Both the position numbers and the translations under genes were made by a program. The notes beneath the pieces were generated by a model. That model was given only the letters and a program-made list of their open reading frames with translations. It did no database searches and had not been told where the DNA came from. This document shows positions 19,312 through 32,527 of a DNA stretch of 64,000 bases, piece by piece; the first letter of the stretch is position 1, and each line of letters opens with the position of its first letter. Source of the DNA: Macrostomum hystrix (lineage: Eukaryota > Animalia > Platyhelminthes). The DNA lies in the NCBI GenBank assembly GCA_950097015.1, contig CATNEN010000038.1:19530001-19594000 (forward strand), given 5' to 3'.

Positions 19312-19572
19312 TGCCTAGTAGTTGGACTCTAAACTTGAAGGTCGGAGGTTCGATTCCCGACTCCGCTGGAACTATTTGTGTCCTTTAGAATGACTCTTAA
19401 CTCTGCGTTGCTTCATTTCACCTCGCTGTTAAAATGTGTACCAGCATTGGCTGTTACCCCAGTCCATGGACTGAACAGCTGTACGCAGCCTTCATATGCG
19501 TCGCGCAAAAGCTGCGGCTGTGCTGTCGGCTGCACATCTGGCCCAGTTTCAGGAAGTTGTAATTAACTATTA
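19312..19572 (+). mobile_element. tRNA-derived SINE family B copy (CORE-like central segment)
   Basis: B-box GGTTCGATTCC. The body (CCCCAGTCCATGGAC..CAGCCTTCA..GCTGCGGCTG..CATCTGGCCC) is shared with 57355 and 58488. Confidence 0.8.
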
Positions 19573-21619
19573 ATATCAAAGCTATTTTTTAAATAAAGCA
19601 CCATTTTGTGACACAAAAACACATAAATATCTGCACATTTCCAAAATAAATCCATGCACTTTAGTTTCTATGGGAAACTATCAGGAAGTGCAAAATACGA
19701 TAAGCTTATCACGTACTTGCATACTTGTTGGTTTAAATGAGAAGCTACCAATTAATTGCTTGGTATTTAACTAAGCAGACAGCTAAACAATACGCTTATT
19801 TGCCAGTTTTAACTATGCTATAAGTAAGCAAATGTACACAATTTATTTAGATTCACAAGGCCGTGAATAAAGCCGGAAGCGCAATAACATGCTCCAGCAG
19901 TTATTAGGAATTGAAAACTTTTCGTGTTGCCACTCCCTTAATTTGCAAATGGACTCACAAAAACAAAGATCCCATTCTTGATCTACATCCCGTTCTAGAT
20001 CCAAATCCCATTCTAAATCTAGATCCCATTCCCAATCTAAATCTAATTCCCTATCTAAATCCCATTCCCAATCTAGATCCCACTCTTGATCTAAATCCAA
20101 TTTTCAATCCAGATGCCATTCTCTATCTAGATCACATTCTCAATCTAGATCCCATTCTCAATCTAGATCCCATTCTCAATCTAGATCCCACTCCCAATCT
20201 AGATCCTATTCTCAATCTAGATCCCATTCTTAATCTAGATCCCATTCTCAATCTAGATCCCATTCTCAATCTAGATCCCATTCTCAATCTAGATCCCATT
20301 CTCAATCTAGATCCCACTCCCAATCTAGATCCTATTCTCAATCTAGATCCCATTCTCAATCTAGATCCCATTGTCAAACTAGATCCCATTCCCAATCTAG
20401 ATCCCACTCTTGATCTAAATCCAATTTTCAATCTAGATGCCATTCCCAATCTAGATCCCACTCTTGATCTAAATCCAATTTTTAATCTAGATGCCATTCT
20501 CAATCTAGATCCCATTCTCAATCTAGATCCCATTCCCAATCTAGATCCCACTCTTGATCTAAATCCAATTTTCAATCTAGATGCCATTTTCAATCTAAAT
20601 CTAATTCCCTATCTAAATCCCATTTCCAATCTAGATCCCACTCTTAATCTAGATCCTATTCTCAATCTAGATCCTATTCTCGATCTAGATCCCATTCTAA
20701 ATCTAGATCCAATTCTAAATCTAGATCCCACTCTTAATCTAGATCCCATTCTCAAACTAGATCCCATTCTCAATCTAGATCCCATTCTCAAACTAGATCC
20801 CACTCTCAATCTAGATCCCATTCTCAAACTAGATCCCATTCTAAATCTAGATCCAATTCTAAATCTAGATCCCACTCTTAATCTAGATCCCATTCTCAAA
20901 CTAGATCCCATTCTCAATCTAGATCCCATTCTCAAACTAGATCCCATTCTCAATCTAGATCCCATTCTCAAACTAGATCCCATTCTCAATCTAGATCCCA
21001 TTCTCAATCTAGATCCCACTCTTAATCTAGATCCCATTCTCAATCTAGATCCTATTCTCGATCTAGATCCCATTCTAAATCTAGATCCAATTCTAAATCT
21101 AGATCCCACTCTTAATCTAGATCCCATTCTCAAACTAGATCCCATTCTCAATCTAGATCCCATTCTCAAACTAGATCCCACTCTCAATCTAGATCCCACT
21201 CTTAATGTACGATCCATTCGTAGCATTAGTTACCAGTTTTCTACAGCAGAACGTTATATGCATCTATTTAAAAATAGAATGCACATCATAAGGCTTAGCT
21301 GCACCACTGCTTTAACTAGGTTACGCTTGACTCGACAAAGGAAAATAACATGCCTGCAGAGTTGGAACGAGCCTGAACAGAATAAAGCCTTCATAAAAGG
21401 CAAAATCGAGCAATTTTTCCGGCCCGAGCACGTGCCCAGACAATGGGCGTGGCTAACGAAGATCAAAGCTCGTATTTTAGCATTACGTTCGCTTCAATTC
21501 GACGGAATTACATTAAAAATATGACTAAAGGAGAGGTGTGTGCTTAATCTGCTATCTAAACTTTTAAATGTATAAGATTGAATACATCGACTTCGATTGA
21601 AAACTATGGCGCGTGTACT

Positions 21620-21770
21620 GGGGGTGAGTGCCAGAGCGGTTAACGCGTTTGCCACTCGCGCCCTTGAGGGCCAACCTCCAAGGCACAGTGAGAGTGTACT
21701 CTGCCTGACGATGAGAAAGTCAGGGCAGATGTACACACCTGTGTGAGCGTGTGCCTGCCTATATACCAGA
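21620..21770 (+). mobile_element. SINE family A copy with an 89-bp internal deletion
   Basis: Same sequence as 23034-23273 but lacks the segment between two GCGCC words. Confidence 0.85.
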
Positions 21771-23033
21771 GTCTATAGACTAGATTCCAAATCCAGATCA
21801 CATTCTCAAATCTAGATCCCATTCTCAATCTAGATCCCACTCTTAATCTAGATCCCATTCTCAAACTAGATCCCATTCTCAATCTAGATCCCATTCTCAA
21901 ACTAGATCCCATTCTCAATCTAGATCCCATTATCAATCAGGATCCAATTCTCAATATAGATCCCATTCCCAATCTAGATACCATTCCCAATCTTGATCCT
22001 ATTCCCAATCTAGATCCCATTCTTAATCTAGATCCATTCCCAATCTTGATCCTATTCCCAATCTAGATCCCATTCTCAAACTAGATCCCATTCTCAAATC
22101 TAGATCCCATTATCAATCAGGATCCAATTCTCAATATAGATCCCATTCCCAATCTAGATACCATTCCCAATCTTGATCCTATTCCCAATCTAGATCCCAT
22201 TCTTAATCTAGATCCATTCCCAATCTAGATCCCATTCCCGATCTACATCCCCTTCTAGACCCAAATCCCATTCTAAATCTAGATCCCATTCTCAAACTAG
22301 ATCTCATTCCCAATCTAGATCCCATTCTCAAACTAGATCCCACTCTTGATCTAAATCCAATTTTCAATCTAGATGCCATTTTCAATCTAAATCTAATTCC
22401 CTATCTAAATCCCATTTCCAATCTAGATCCCACTCTTAATCTAGATCCCATTCTCAATCTAGATCCTATTCTCGATCTAGATCCCATTCTAAATCTAGAT
22501 CCAATTCTAAATCTAGATCCCACTCTTAATCTAGATCCCATTCTCAAACTAGATCCCATTCTCAATCTAGATCCCATTCTCAAACTAGATCCCACTCTCA
22601 ATCTAGATCCCACTCTTAATGTACGATCCATTCGTAGCATTAGTTACCAGTTTTCTACAGCAGAACGTTATATGCATCTATTTAAAAATAGAATGCACAT
22701 CATAAGGCTTAGCTGCACCACTGCTTTAACTAGGTTACGCTTGACTCGACAAAGGAAAATAACATGCCTGCAGAGTTGGAACGAGCCTGAACAGAATAAA
22801 GCCTTCATAAAAGGCAAAATCGAGCAATTTTTCCGGCCCGAGCACGTGCCCAGACAATGGGCGTGGCTAACGAAGATCAAAGCTCGTATTTTAGCATTAC
22901 GTTCGCTTCAATTCGACGGAATTACATTAAAAATATGACTAAAGGAGAGGTGTGTGCTTAATCTGCTATCTAAACTTTTAAATGTATAAGATTGAATACA
23001 TCGACTTCGATTGAAAACTATGGCGCGTGTACT

Positions 23034-23273
23034 GGGGGTGAGTGCCAGAGCGGTTAACGCGTTTGCCACTCGCGCCAAGGTCTGTGAGCTCGATTCCACA
23101 GCGAGGCAACATTCATTTGGGGTGCAGCCGCGAAGCGAAGACTTGGTTGTCGTGCGATTTGCGCCCTTGAGGGCCAACCTCCAAGGCACAGTGAGAGTGT
23201 ACTCTGCCTGACGATGAGAAAGTCAGGGCAGATGTACACACCTGTGTGAGCGTGTGCCTGCCTATATACCAGA
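23034..23273 (+). mobile_element. SINE family A copy, 3'-truncated
   Basis: Head GGGGGTGAGTGCCAGAGCGGTTAACGCG, B-box-like GAGCTCGATTCC, and the shared body. Confidence 0.85.
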
Positions 23274-25046
23274 GTCTATAGACCAGATTCCAAATCCAGA
23301 TCACATTCTCAAATCTAGATCCCATTCTCAAATCTAGATCCCATTATCAATCAGGATCCAATTCTCAATATAGATCCCATTCCCAATCTAGATACCATTC
23401 CCAATCTTGATCCTATTCCCAATCTAGATCCCATTCTTAATCTAGATCCATTCCCAATCTAGATACCATTCCCAATCTTGATCCTATTCCCAATCTAGAT
23501 CCCATTCTTAATCTAGATCCATTCCCAATCTAGATCCCATTCCCGATCTACATCCCCTTCTAGACCCAAATTCCATTCTAAATCTAGATCCCATTCTCAA
23601 ACTAGATCTCATTCCCAATCTAGATCCCATTCTCAAACTAGATCTCATTCCCAATCTAGATCCCATTCTTAATCTAGATCCATTCCCAATCTAGATCCCA
23701 TTCCCGATCTACATCCCCTTCTAGACCCAAATTCCATTCTAAATCTAGATCCCATTCTCAAACTAGATCTCATTCCCAATCTAGATCCCATTCTCAAACT
23801 AGATCTCATTCCCAATCTAGATCCCATTCCCAATTTTGATCCTATTCCCAATCTAGATCCCATTCTTAATCTAGATACATTCCCAATCTAGATCCCATTC
23901 TCGATCTACATCCCCTTCTAGATCCAAATCCCATTCTAAATCTAAATCCCATTCTTAAACTAGATCTCATTCCCAATCTAGATCCCATTCCCAATCTAGA
24001 TCCCATTCCCAATCTAGATCCCATTCTCGATCTACCTCCCCTTCTAGATCCAAATCCCATTCTCAAACTAGATCCCATTCCTAATCTAGATCCCATTCCC
24101 AATCTAGATCCCATTCCCAATCTAGATCCCATTCCCAATCTAGATCCCATTCCCAATCTAGATCCCATTCCCAATCTAGATCCCATTCCCAATCTAGATC
24201 CCATTCTCGATCTACATCCCCTTCTAGATCCAAATCCCATTCTAAATCTAGATCCCTTCTCGACCTACATCCCCTTCTAGATCCAAATCCCATTCTAAAT
24301 CTAGATCCCATTCTCAAACTAGATCCCATTCCCTATCTAGATCCCATTCCCAATCTAGATCCCATTCCCAATCTAGATTCCATTCCAAATCTAGATCCCA
24401 TTCCCAATCTAGATCCTTTTCCAAATCTAGATCCCGTTCCCATTATATAGATCCCATTCTCAAACTAGATCCTATTCCCAATCTAGATCCTATTCCCAAT
24501 CTAGATCCCATTCTCAATCTAGATCCAATTCCCAATCTAGATCCCCTTCTCAATCTTTATCCTATTCTCAATCGAGATCCTATTATCATTATTGATCCTA
24601 TTCTCTATCTAGATCCCATTCTCAACCTAGATCCCATTCTCAAACTGGATCCTATTCTTATCTACGAGCTAGGTCCCAATTTCGATAAAAGTCGCATTCT
24701 CTTCACGTATATCTGTACATTTTGCAGTTTAGCCATGTTTCATTTCTTGCTTGTCGTATTTCTTTGCTCCACTGTGTGATTTCCTAAAGCTGACTCAGCT
24801 GCTACATTAACGCCTCACCCTCTGTAGCAGTTCCGCTATGCTTACTCGAGTATCTAGCCTAATATAGTGTCCCGTGAGATTAGCTTGGCGCCTCGTTCGT
24901 GTTAACAGCATATGACTTCACTGGGGGACAGGAGATTAACGAACTGATTTCTTACTATGGAAGCTGTGCTAGACGAATGTGGGTGAATGCTTTGCACTTT
25001 TTGTGCAGTATCTGAGCACTTGCTGAACTTGCCGAGAATGGCAATC

Positions 25047-25299
<253 letters not shown>

Positions 25300-25767
25300 G
25301 GACTACTAATGTCTCCCTTCCAAAGATGGGGTGGGTGTGACTGCAGTGACAGGTCGAGGCGAGTAGATCCAGAACCCAAGGGAACTGTTCAACCAATGGG
25401 AGGAAATTAAACTGGGACGAAATCAAAGTACTCTCTCTTTGAGATGAAAAATAGCGGTCGCAATACTAAATTCTCTCTAGTGCTATAGTGCATTTGCCTA
25501 TATATCTGGCTCATTGTCATTGCGAGTGAGTATAGCTCTCAGCATCCTGGCTTCATTTAGAATTGAGTCTTACCTTGATTTACCGCATAGAATAGCGAAT
25601 ATAAAGAAAATAGATCCGAACTAAGACCTTTTACTTGACTAAAAAGAAGTACATTTGATTTTTTAATTTTCGGTAAGTCTTTATTTTTCACCTCTGTTAT
25701 CATTTTTACATGTTTTGATCATCGATTATCTGTAATGGTTGGATCGATAAAAAGCTTTCACGCTATT

Positions 25768-25945
25768 GATAATGAATCATCACCCGATCGATAATGAATC
25801 ATCACCCGATCGATAATGAATCATCACCCGATCGATAATGACTCATCACCCGATCGATAATGAATTATCACCCGATCGATAATGAATAATCACCCGATCG
25901 ATAATGAATCATCACCCGATCGAAAGTCAATCATCACTCGATCAA
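25768..25945. repeat. 22-bp minisatellite (GATAATGAATCATCACCCGATC)
   Basis: About 8 units with a 22-bp period. Confidence 0.92.
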
Positions 25946-26678
25946 TAATAATTAATCACAAGGTAGAAAAAACTGTCCCCTGATGTACTTGTAAATGATT
26001 TGCCGAAAACCCCCCACCCTAGTTCCATTGCTTCTCGTTTTTTCCGGGAATCTTTTACATTTATTCAATTCATTGCACTTCTTGGCTGGCGAAAAACAAT
26101 GGAATCCTAGGAATGGAATCTGAAATAAAAAAATCCAAGGTTCTGTTATTTTAATTTTACAGTTTATGACGAATCATTCTCTATCCCACCAGAAAAATTG
26201 TTCGTCTGCCTATCCAGACTCAGCTCTCATAATCTCCCTCCCAATATCCCTTACGAGGAGCTTCATCCCCCTTTCATCCGAGTAGCTGCAGAGAATTTTC
26301 CTCCATGGGATATTTTTTTTGGTTTCCATACAATCGCAAGGTCGACTCTCTGTCTCACTCACGCCTAGCAGCGAAGGCTTTTCTAGCACGGCCTCTTTAC
26401 ATTTCACTCTAATCTAGACTAGCTGCGTCTGCCAAACGAAAAGTGCACAGTTCAAAAATTCTTTATTAATTATTGAGCATGAGTAGCTTTTTGTTCATTT
26501 AGCGCGCCATAAAAATTTTATGTGTATAGTTGTGCCATATTTCGACGTAGCAGCGAACGCTGATGATGCCGGATTATCGTTAGTGTCTTGCTAAAGCCCA
26601 CAAGTCGTTTCTTTTAGGCTGATCCAGTTTTATACTGTCTTGAAGTACTTATTTTCGTCTTCAGATCGATCTAACACC

Positions 26679-28406
26679 ATGGACCAAGAGTACGAAGTAT
26701 CGGTCCGCTGTAGAAACTTAGCCGACAAAGACCTGCTGAGCCGATCTGACCCAATGGTAATTCTCCTAGTAAACATGCCTCACACTAAACGCTTCGTGGA
26801 ACTCGGTCGCACGGAGGTCATTCAAAATTGTCTCAATCCGAGATTCGTGAAAAAGTTTCGCCTAGCTGAACGGCCCGGAGGTGAGGATCCAGTTCTGCGC
26901 GTCGCTGTGATCGACATTGACAACTTTGACGATGCTGAACGACTGGCGGATCAAGACTTCATTGGTCAGTTAAATGTTTGTCTGGTGTACGGGGAGTCTA
27001 AAAAGTACAAAGTATGTCTTACAGTAGTATAATCGTAGTATTAAACAAAGTATTTCATATCACAGGAATATGAAATATATAATCGATGACAGCCTTCATT
27101 CGATCGATACGAAACCTTCAGCTGATCGATACGAAACGTCATCCGATCGATAACAAGCCTTCAACCGATCGATACGAAACGTCATTCGATCGATAAGAAG
27201 CCTTCAACTGATCGATAACGAGCCTTCAACCGATCGATACAAAACGTCATTCGATCGATACGAAACGTCATTCGATCGATACGAAACGTCATTCGATCGA
27301 TACGAAACGTCATTCGATCGATACAAAGCCTTCAACCGTTCTATACGAAACCTTCAACCGATCGCTAAGAAGCCTGCATCCGATCGATAAGAAGCCGTCA
27401 AACGATCGATACGAAGCCTTCATCCGATCGATAAAAAGCCTTTATCCGATTAATAAGAAGTCATCACAGCTATCTATAAGCTAAATTAGCGGTACAACAT
27501 AAGCAGAAAGGCACATCATGAATCCGACAGGTGTATGATGTATCCGACAGGTTTTTTAATTTATCCGACTGGTGTATGGCTTGTCCAACAGGTTTACGGT
27601 AAACTAAAAGAGTTAGTAGTCGTGTGTCTAAGAGTGTGCCATGAAGCGCAGCCAGTGAGAAGGATGTCGGGTGCCAATCTAACAGACACACTAGCACACA
27701 CAAACATACACAAATATTTGCCAAGCACTAATTAAATACGCTCGTACTTAAGCTAACTACTGTCGTTTGCAAACACACTGACCTTTTTGGGTGCAGGCAC
27801 TCACCATTATGGAGGTAGAAGCTTACGAAGCTAAGGAATATGTGACCATGCGAGATTTCTACAGTTGAGCACGTATTTTACCTTCAAGGTCGCGCCGAGT
27901 TTCGCCAATCGCAGCTAATCACTCGCAGAACCTTCAGTATCCTTCTTAGCGGCGACTCAGGCGAAGTGATCTTCGAAACGCGACGCTACGATGCAGACCT
28001 TGATGGTCACGTGACGCTGGAGCTGGCCAATCACAGCTTCCCTTGGAAGGATCGCGTCATTTTTCTGGAAATTTATCGCCTGGAAAGTGGCAATGACGCC
28101 GATAGCGAGGCCACTGAAGTCGTGCTGGTCTATCGGTCAGAGCAGTCGGTGACTGGAAACTTTGAGCCAATCAAGCTGTCACTGTTCAGCCTGGCACTGG
28201 GCAATCGGCAGTGCAAGCTGCGCATCGAATGCTGGCGCTACTGCCACCGCGGAGATCACGTCAGTGTCGGTCATCGTCAGAGCAGCCTCGCCGAGCTCGA
28301 GCAACTGTACGTGAATGAAAACGTGCCGTTGTTGGCTTTCGACTACAAGGGTCAGCGGGACCGCCAGTGCTGCTTGGCTGTCAAATATGTCGACATTCGT
28401 CAGTGA
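26679..28406 (+). CDS. Copine-like tandem C2-domain protein, 2 coding exons, about 267 aa, no vWA domain seen
   Basis: Exon 26679-26964 is a copine-type C2A domain (VSVRCRNLADKDLLSRSDP...LGRTEVIQNCLNPRFVKKF...DQDFIG). After a phase-1 intron, exon 27889-28406 is a degenerate C2B (FLEIYR...LVYRSE...LRIECWRY..RGDHVSVG) ending in TGA. Confidence 0.78.
27085..27455. repeat. Degenerate 21-bp minisatellite (CGATCGATACGAAACGTCATT) in the copine-like intron
   Basis: CGATCGAT core recurring every 21 bp. Confidence 0.88.
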
Positions 28407-28483
28407 TACAGATTTTGTCCGTTTCTTAAAAAGTGTTCTTTTTTGTTGTCTGTGTTGCGAAAAGGAAGTGAAATAGTAGATTG

Positions 28484-28705
28484 ATAATTGCAGGAGGGCT
28501 GTGGGCAATGGCACATCGTTTAGTGACACTAGACCCGCAATCAGCGAGGAGGCAATTCTGCCCATTTCGCCGACTCCTGAGCACACACGCAAAGGTCTGC
28601 ACATCTGCCCTGACTTTCCTGCGCAGACTGTGTACACTTTAACTGTGTGCACCTTCAAATGAATGTGTCCTAGGAATCGAGCTCAGGACCTTGGTATCAG
28701 ATGCA
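28484..28705 (-). mobile_element. SINE family A copy, internally deleted
   Basis: Reverse complement of the family A 3' end, the hairpin and part of the head. Confidence 0.78.
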
Positions 28706-29737
28706 AAGGCTTTATGTACACACCAGAGTGGGACTTTAACTAAATAGTCCAGTTTGGTTCTACGGGCGGAATTAGATTATCGACTTAAAAATAGACCTTT
28801 TTTGAAGTGAATTTTTTTATTGAATTGAAGACAAACGCCACAATTAGTTACTACTTCTAGTAACATATCAAACTTTAAATTCAAGCTTGGTAAGGTCAAG
28901 AAAAAGCGTAAAACTAGAAGTTATTATTCTTGAGTGTTTTTTGTGCTAGCAATGTACTTTTAATAATCAGATTAATGACACTTGTCATAGCTTTTGTCTT
29001 GTACTATTGAAGTAAACTTTAAGATATTATTCGCTTTGTTGTTTTTGTTTAATGTTGCTTCGTAGTGATAGCATTTTATCGAGTAAAGCCTGTACGACCA
29101 CTGATTAGGTTTTGAAAAAAATTGTTTTAAGTTAGTAAGATACCTTGCCTTTAAAGTAGAGATTTTCCTCAACCAAGCTTTGTTGTCGTGTATTAAACGG
29201 AAATTAACCCTATTTTTTGTCAAATACACTTTTGCTAAGTTGTTGCTGCAAATCCTTAGCATTAAATAAATCGACCGCATTCTCGTGATGTTTAAATTCC
29301 TTTTTGATTACCATGGCAACAAAAAGACAAGTTTTCGCATGGCAAACAATTAGGTCAAAAGCAAAAACGTATTTTGACATAGCTCTTTGAAGGCGTTTTA
29401 AGCATGAGTTTGATGCTATGGTAACTCTTAATCCATAACGGAGTCTGCTGTGTGAGTTGTGCAGTTTAACGTTGCAAGCAGATTTCTGAAAAAAACGCAC
29501 ATACACTGGACTGACTGTCGCTTGCTTCCGGCTGAAGTTTTGCTTGAATTTTTCGCATGCATTGATGCTGATGTCGGTTTAAAAACTAAGCAAACGAAAA
29601 GAACTTGAAATTTACCAATTATTGAGACTTGCTGACAGTATATAAGCAAAACTCTTGTTCTTGTCCGTTTCGGAGTTTGACTTTCATATTGCTCTTCGTA
29701 GAACTCGGTGACAAGTCCTTGTCATTGGGTCGGTGCA

Positions 29738-30532
29738 ATGCTGCCTGCATTGCATTGTGCACTTTGGCTATTTGTCCTTCAATCGACCAGCGTTTCGGCT
29801 GATTGCCCGGCGTCTTCTGTTCCACTCCAGCTGACCACTGGCGCGTCTTCCTGGTGCCTCAGCAATCGCGGCAGCACAAAAAACTTCTGCGAAGCGGTCA
29901 AGACGTGCCACAGCGCCGGACAAGAAATGATCGGTCGCGACGTCTACGCTGCGATCAAGCAGGCCAGTCCGAGCAGCTCGGGCACTGTGCCCAGCCACTA
30001 CTGGGTTGGCCTGACTGACGCACTGAATGAGCGATTCTCAAGCGTTGACGGCTGGGTGTGGATTCAGGATGGCAAGAAAACGGACATTGGGAGCAGCCTG
30101 TTTGCGCCGTCTGAACCCAACGGTGGAATCGTTGAAACCTGCGTTGCAGCCTCTCCATCAGGCCTGCTGGATATTAGCTGCAGGTTCACAACGGCTTCGC
30201 TCACTCCCAAGATTCTCTGCTACAGCAGTGTCAATGGCTCAGCGGTTCTACCTGCAGCCGCGCCAAACATCATCAACGAGTTTTACAGAACGGGCATTGC
30301 TAGCTACTATCAAACAGATCCCGGATGTTACATTGACGCTTCTTCGAGCCGCGTCAACAGTCGTCTACTGTGTTCCTTTAGATGCGTTAAGCTTGACCAA
30401 GACTGCGTTGGCTTCTACTGGCACCCTGGCAAGAGGCAGTGCATTGTGCTCACCTACTTAAATAACAATGTGTCACTGAATTATACCGGAAATGAGGATA
30501 AGTCGAGGTGGGAGAAGTTTCTAAGAAAATAA
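29738..30532 (+). CDS. Secreted C-type lectin + PAN/apple-like protein, copy 1 (intronless, 264 aa)
   Basis: ATG at 29738 starts a hydrophobic signal peptide. CTLD motifs are FCEAVKTC, YWVGLTD, GWVW and EPNGGIVETC. The C-terminal CSFRC...CVGFYW...CIVL has PAN-like Cys spacing. Confidence 0.85.
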   Translation: MLPALHCALWLFVLQSTSVSADCPASSVPLQLTTGASSWCLSNRGSTKNFCEAVKTCHSAGQEMIGRDVYAAIKQASPSSSGTVPSHYWVGLTDALNERFSSVDGWVWIQDGKKTDIGSSLFAPSEPNGGIVETCVAASPSGLLDISCRFTTASLTPKILCYSSVNGSAVLPAAAPNIINEFYRTGIASYYQTDPGCYIDASSSRVNSRLLCSFRCVKLDQDCVGFYWHPGKRQCIVLTYLNNNVSLNYTGNEDKSRWEKFLRK

Positions 30533-31240
30533 GTTTTCTTAGACCACAATAAGAAGCCACTTCCATTTTGGGACATTTAAACAAAAAATAAGCTAATTAA
30601 AGTAAACTCCATTATTCGCATTCGAAGCTGATTCAGTTCTTGTCGGGTGTAATAATTTTTGAGAGTCGTTACGAGATCGTATTTTTTAACGAATCTTACT
30701 TTACCCTCGTGTATTCGAATTCTAAAGTAATCTCGTGAAAAGCATACTTGATATTCTGACTAACAAATATTTCATCAAAGCTTAATTGCCTATAGCGTTT
30801 TGCAATTCTCCCAGAAGGCAATATCTATAAAATCGTTAGATATGAGTGACATACAGCTCAGTATAAAATTTTGACACTCAATTTTAGGGTTAAATAAATG
30901 AAGGTCTAATTAGAGTAACAAGCCATTATTTGTATTGCTATGGATAAAGGATATATTATAGTTACTCTCTCTAAGCAGTTAATATTTAAACGTAAATCTT
31001 GGTTCCATTATCAGAGCTCAGTAGTGACACGTTAGGTAATATAGCACACTGGATAGCAAATGCTTCCACTGCTGGTCCTTTAAACAAATTAACTGTTCCA
31101 AGAGAAGTTAATGCTTTTAGCAATTCAAACATCACTATTTGCTTTGGAACAAATTTAATGCATTTCGCGTTTGACAGCATCGCATGTTTATATTGAGCAA
31201 CTCGGCACAAAAGTAACGAAGCTCAAAAAAACTTGCTGAA

Positions 31241-32386
31241 ATGCAGCTAGAGTTTTCGATTCGTCTGCTATTGCTGCTGCACCTTTTCAGCGATGAGATG
31301 AACGCTGGAATGCCTATCACTTTGGGTCTGCCAAACGGATTCAACGTTTCGGCTTACCTGGGCTCCTACACCCTCTGTGAGGCTGTGAAGCTGTGCCACA
31401 ATGAGGGCAAGTTAATGCCAACGTGGAATGCCTTGCAAGCGATCCGAGCCAGCTCCACCTTCAATAGTACAAGCAGCTCGAAGGGATTGTTTAGTTCTCT
31501 CGATTGGTGGATTGGACTTGTTGACGCTCTGGACGAAAGAAACGCATCAAAAACTGGATGGGTGTGGATTGAGGACGGCGTCACAGCCACTGCGAGTGAT
31601 GGAGGTGAAGTATTGACATTTTATTTGTCACGTTTTGATTTGTAGGAACTACTTTGTTAAGAGAACCTGCAACTGGTGCCTTCACTTCCGTTTAGTCGAA
31701 TAAAAAAACTCGTGGAAAATTAGAGTCAGAAATTGGCATCCCTAATGTAACGTCCTTTATTTTAGCAACGCTCTTAGTTAGCAACGCCGGGGTTATTTCT
31801 CTATTGTTGTGACTAGTAAAGTATTTTCACAATTAAAACAAATTACATTTAAATATATTTTAGTAAAACAAATTATATTCAATGATATTTCGCGTATTAA
31901 AACAACGAACATTATAAAATATTTCATTATAAAACATTAACAATATTGAACGCTACGCTTGATGCAGTGAGAATCTTTCGCAGCGACGAGCCCAACAATG
32001 CCAAATTGAAAGAAGACTGCGTCGCAATGACGGGCAGCGACTTCGCCTGGGACGTGGCGTGCAACACGCAGCGCAATGTCCTATGCATTTCTCAGGACAG
32101 CCGCGAGAGTGTTTTGAAGAGGTCCAACTACTTCTCTGAGACCGCAATCCTCAACTACAACCAACTGGATAGCGGATGTTGGATTACCGCTCCTGAGCAA
32201 CTGTCGTTGTCAAGCTGCTCTTTGAAGTGCATTGCAGTGCCGCTTGCTGATTGTGTCGGCTTCTACTGGAATGCTAATAGAAAATTGTGCATCCTGCTGC
32301 CCTACTTTGACGCGGCAGTGCAGTTAAGCTCTAGTAACGAAGATAAACTTCACTGGGTGAAGTTCGTGCGTAATTTTCAGAGCTAA
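31241..32386 (+). CDS. Secreted C-type lectin + PAN/apple-like protein, copy 2 (260 aa)
   Basis: Exons 31241-31604 and 31968-32386 (phase 1). Motifs are WWIGLVD, EPNNAKLKEDC, AWDVAC and CSLKC..CVGFYWN..C. Confidence 0.85.
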
Positions 32387-32527
32387 AGTGGAACTATGGC
32401 ACACATTTAATTTTGGTAAAGACTGATCAGTAGGGTTGCTTGAAATTGAGCTTGTACTGATATAAAAAACAATATCGTGAAATTTTACTGCTTTTTTTTA
32501 TTTATAAACCTAAGGCAAATAAAGTTC

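Larger units (their letters stand above)
19965..24660. repeat. 18-bp satellite (AATCTAGATCCCATTCTC) interrupted by two copies of a duplicated non-repetitive spacer
   Basis: 18-bp period gives the LNLDPI/GSRLRM ORFs. The spacers at about 21205-21780 and 22619-23283 are near-identical. Confidence 0.95.

Noticed and set aside
19911-21524. 537-aa LNLDPI-repeat ORF as a real repeat or beta-solenoid protein
   Set aside because: It is the stop-free frame of an 18-bp satellite. It has a non-ATG start, the opposite strand is also open, and neighbouring parts of the same array are frameshifted.
21695-21737. Hammerhead ribozyme in SINE A (CTGACGA...GAAA)
   Set aside because: Only 3 nt separate CUGANGA from GAAA, so stem II cannot form, and no stem III/NUH site is evident. 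A simple hairpin fits better.
28972-29825. Cluster of short minus-strand ORFs between the copine-like and lectin genes
   Set aside because: No recognisable motifs or consistent splice pattern, and the sequence is AT-rich.
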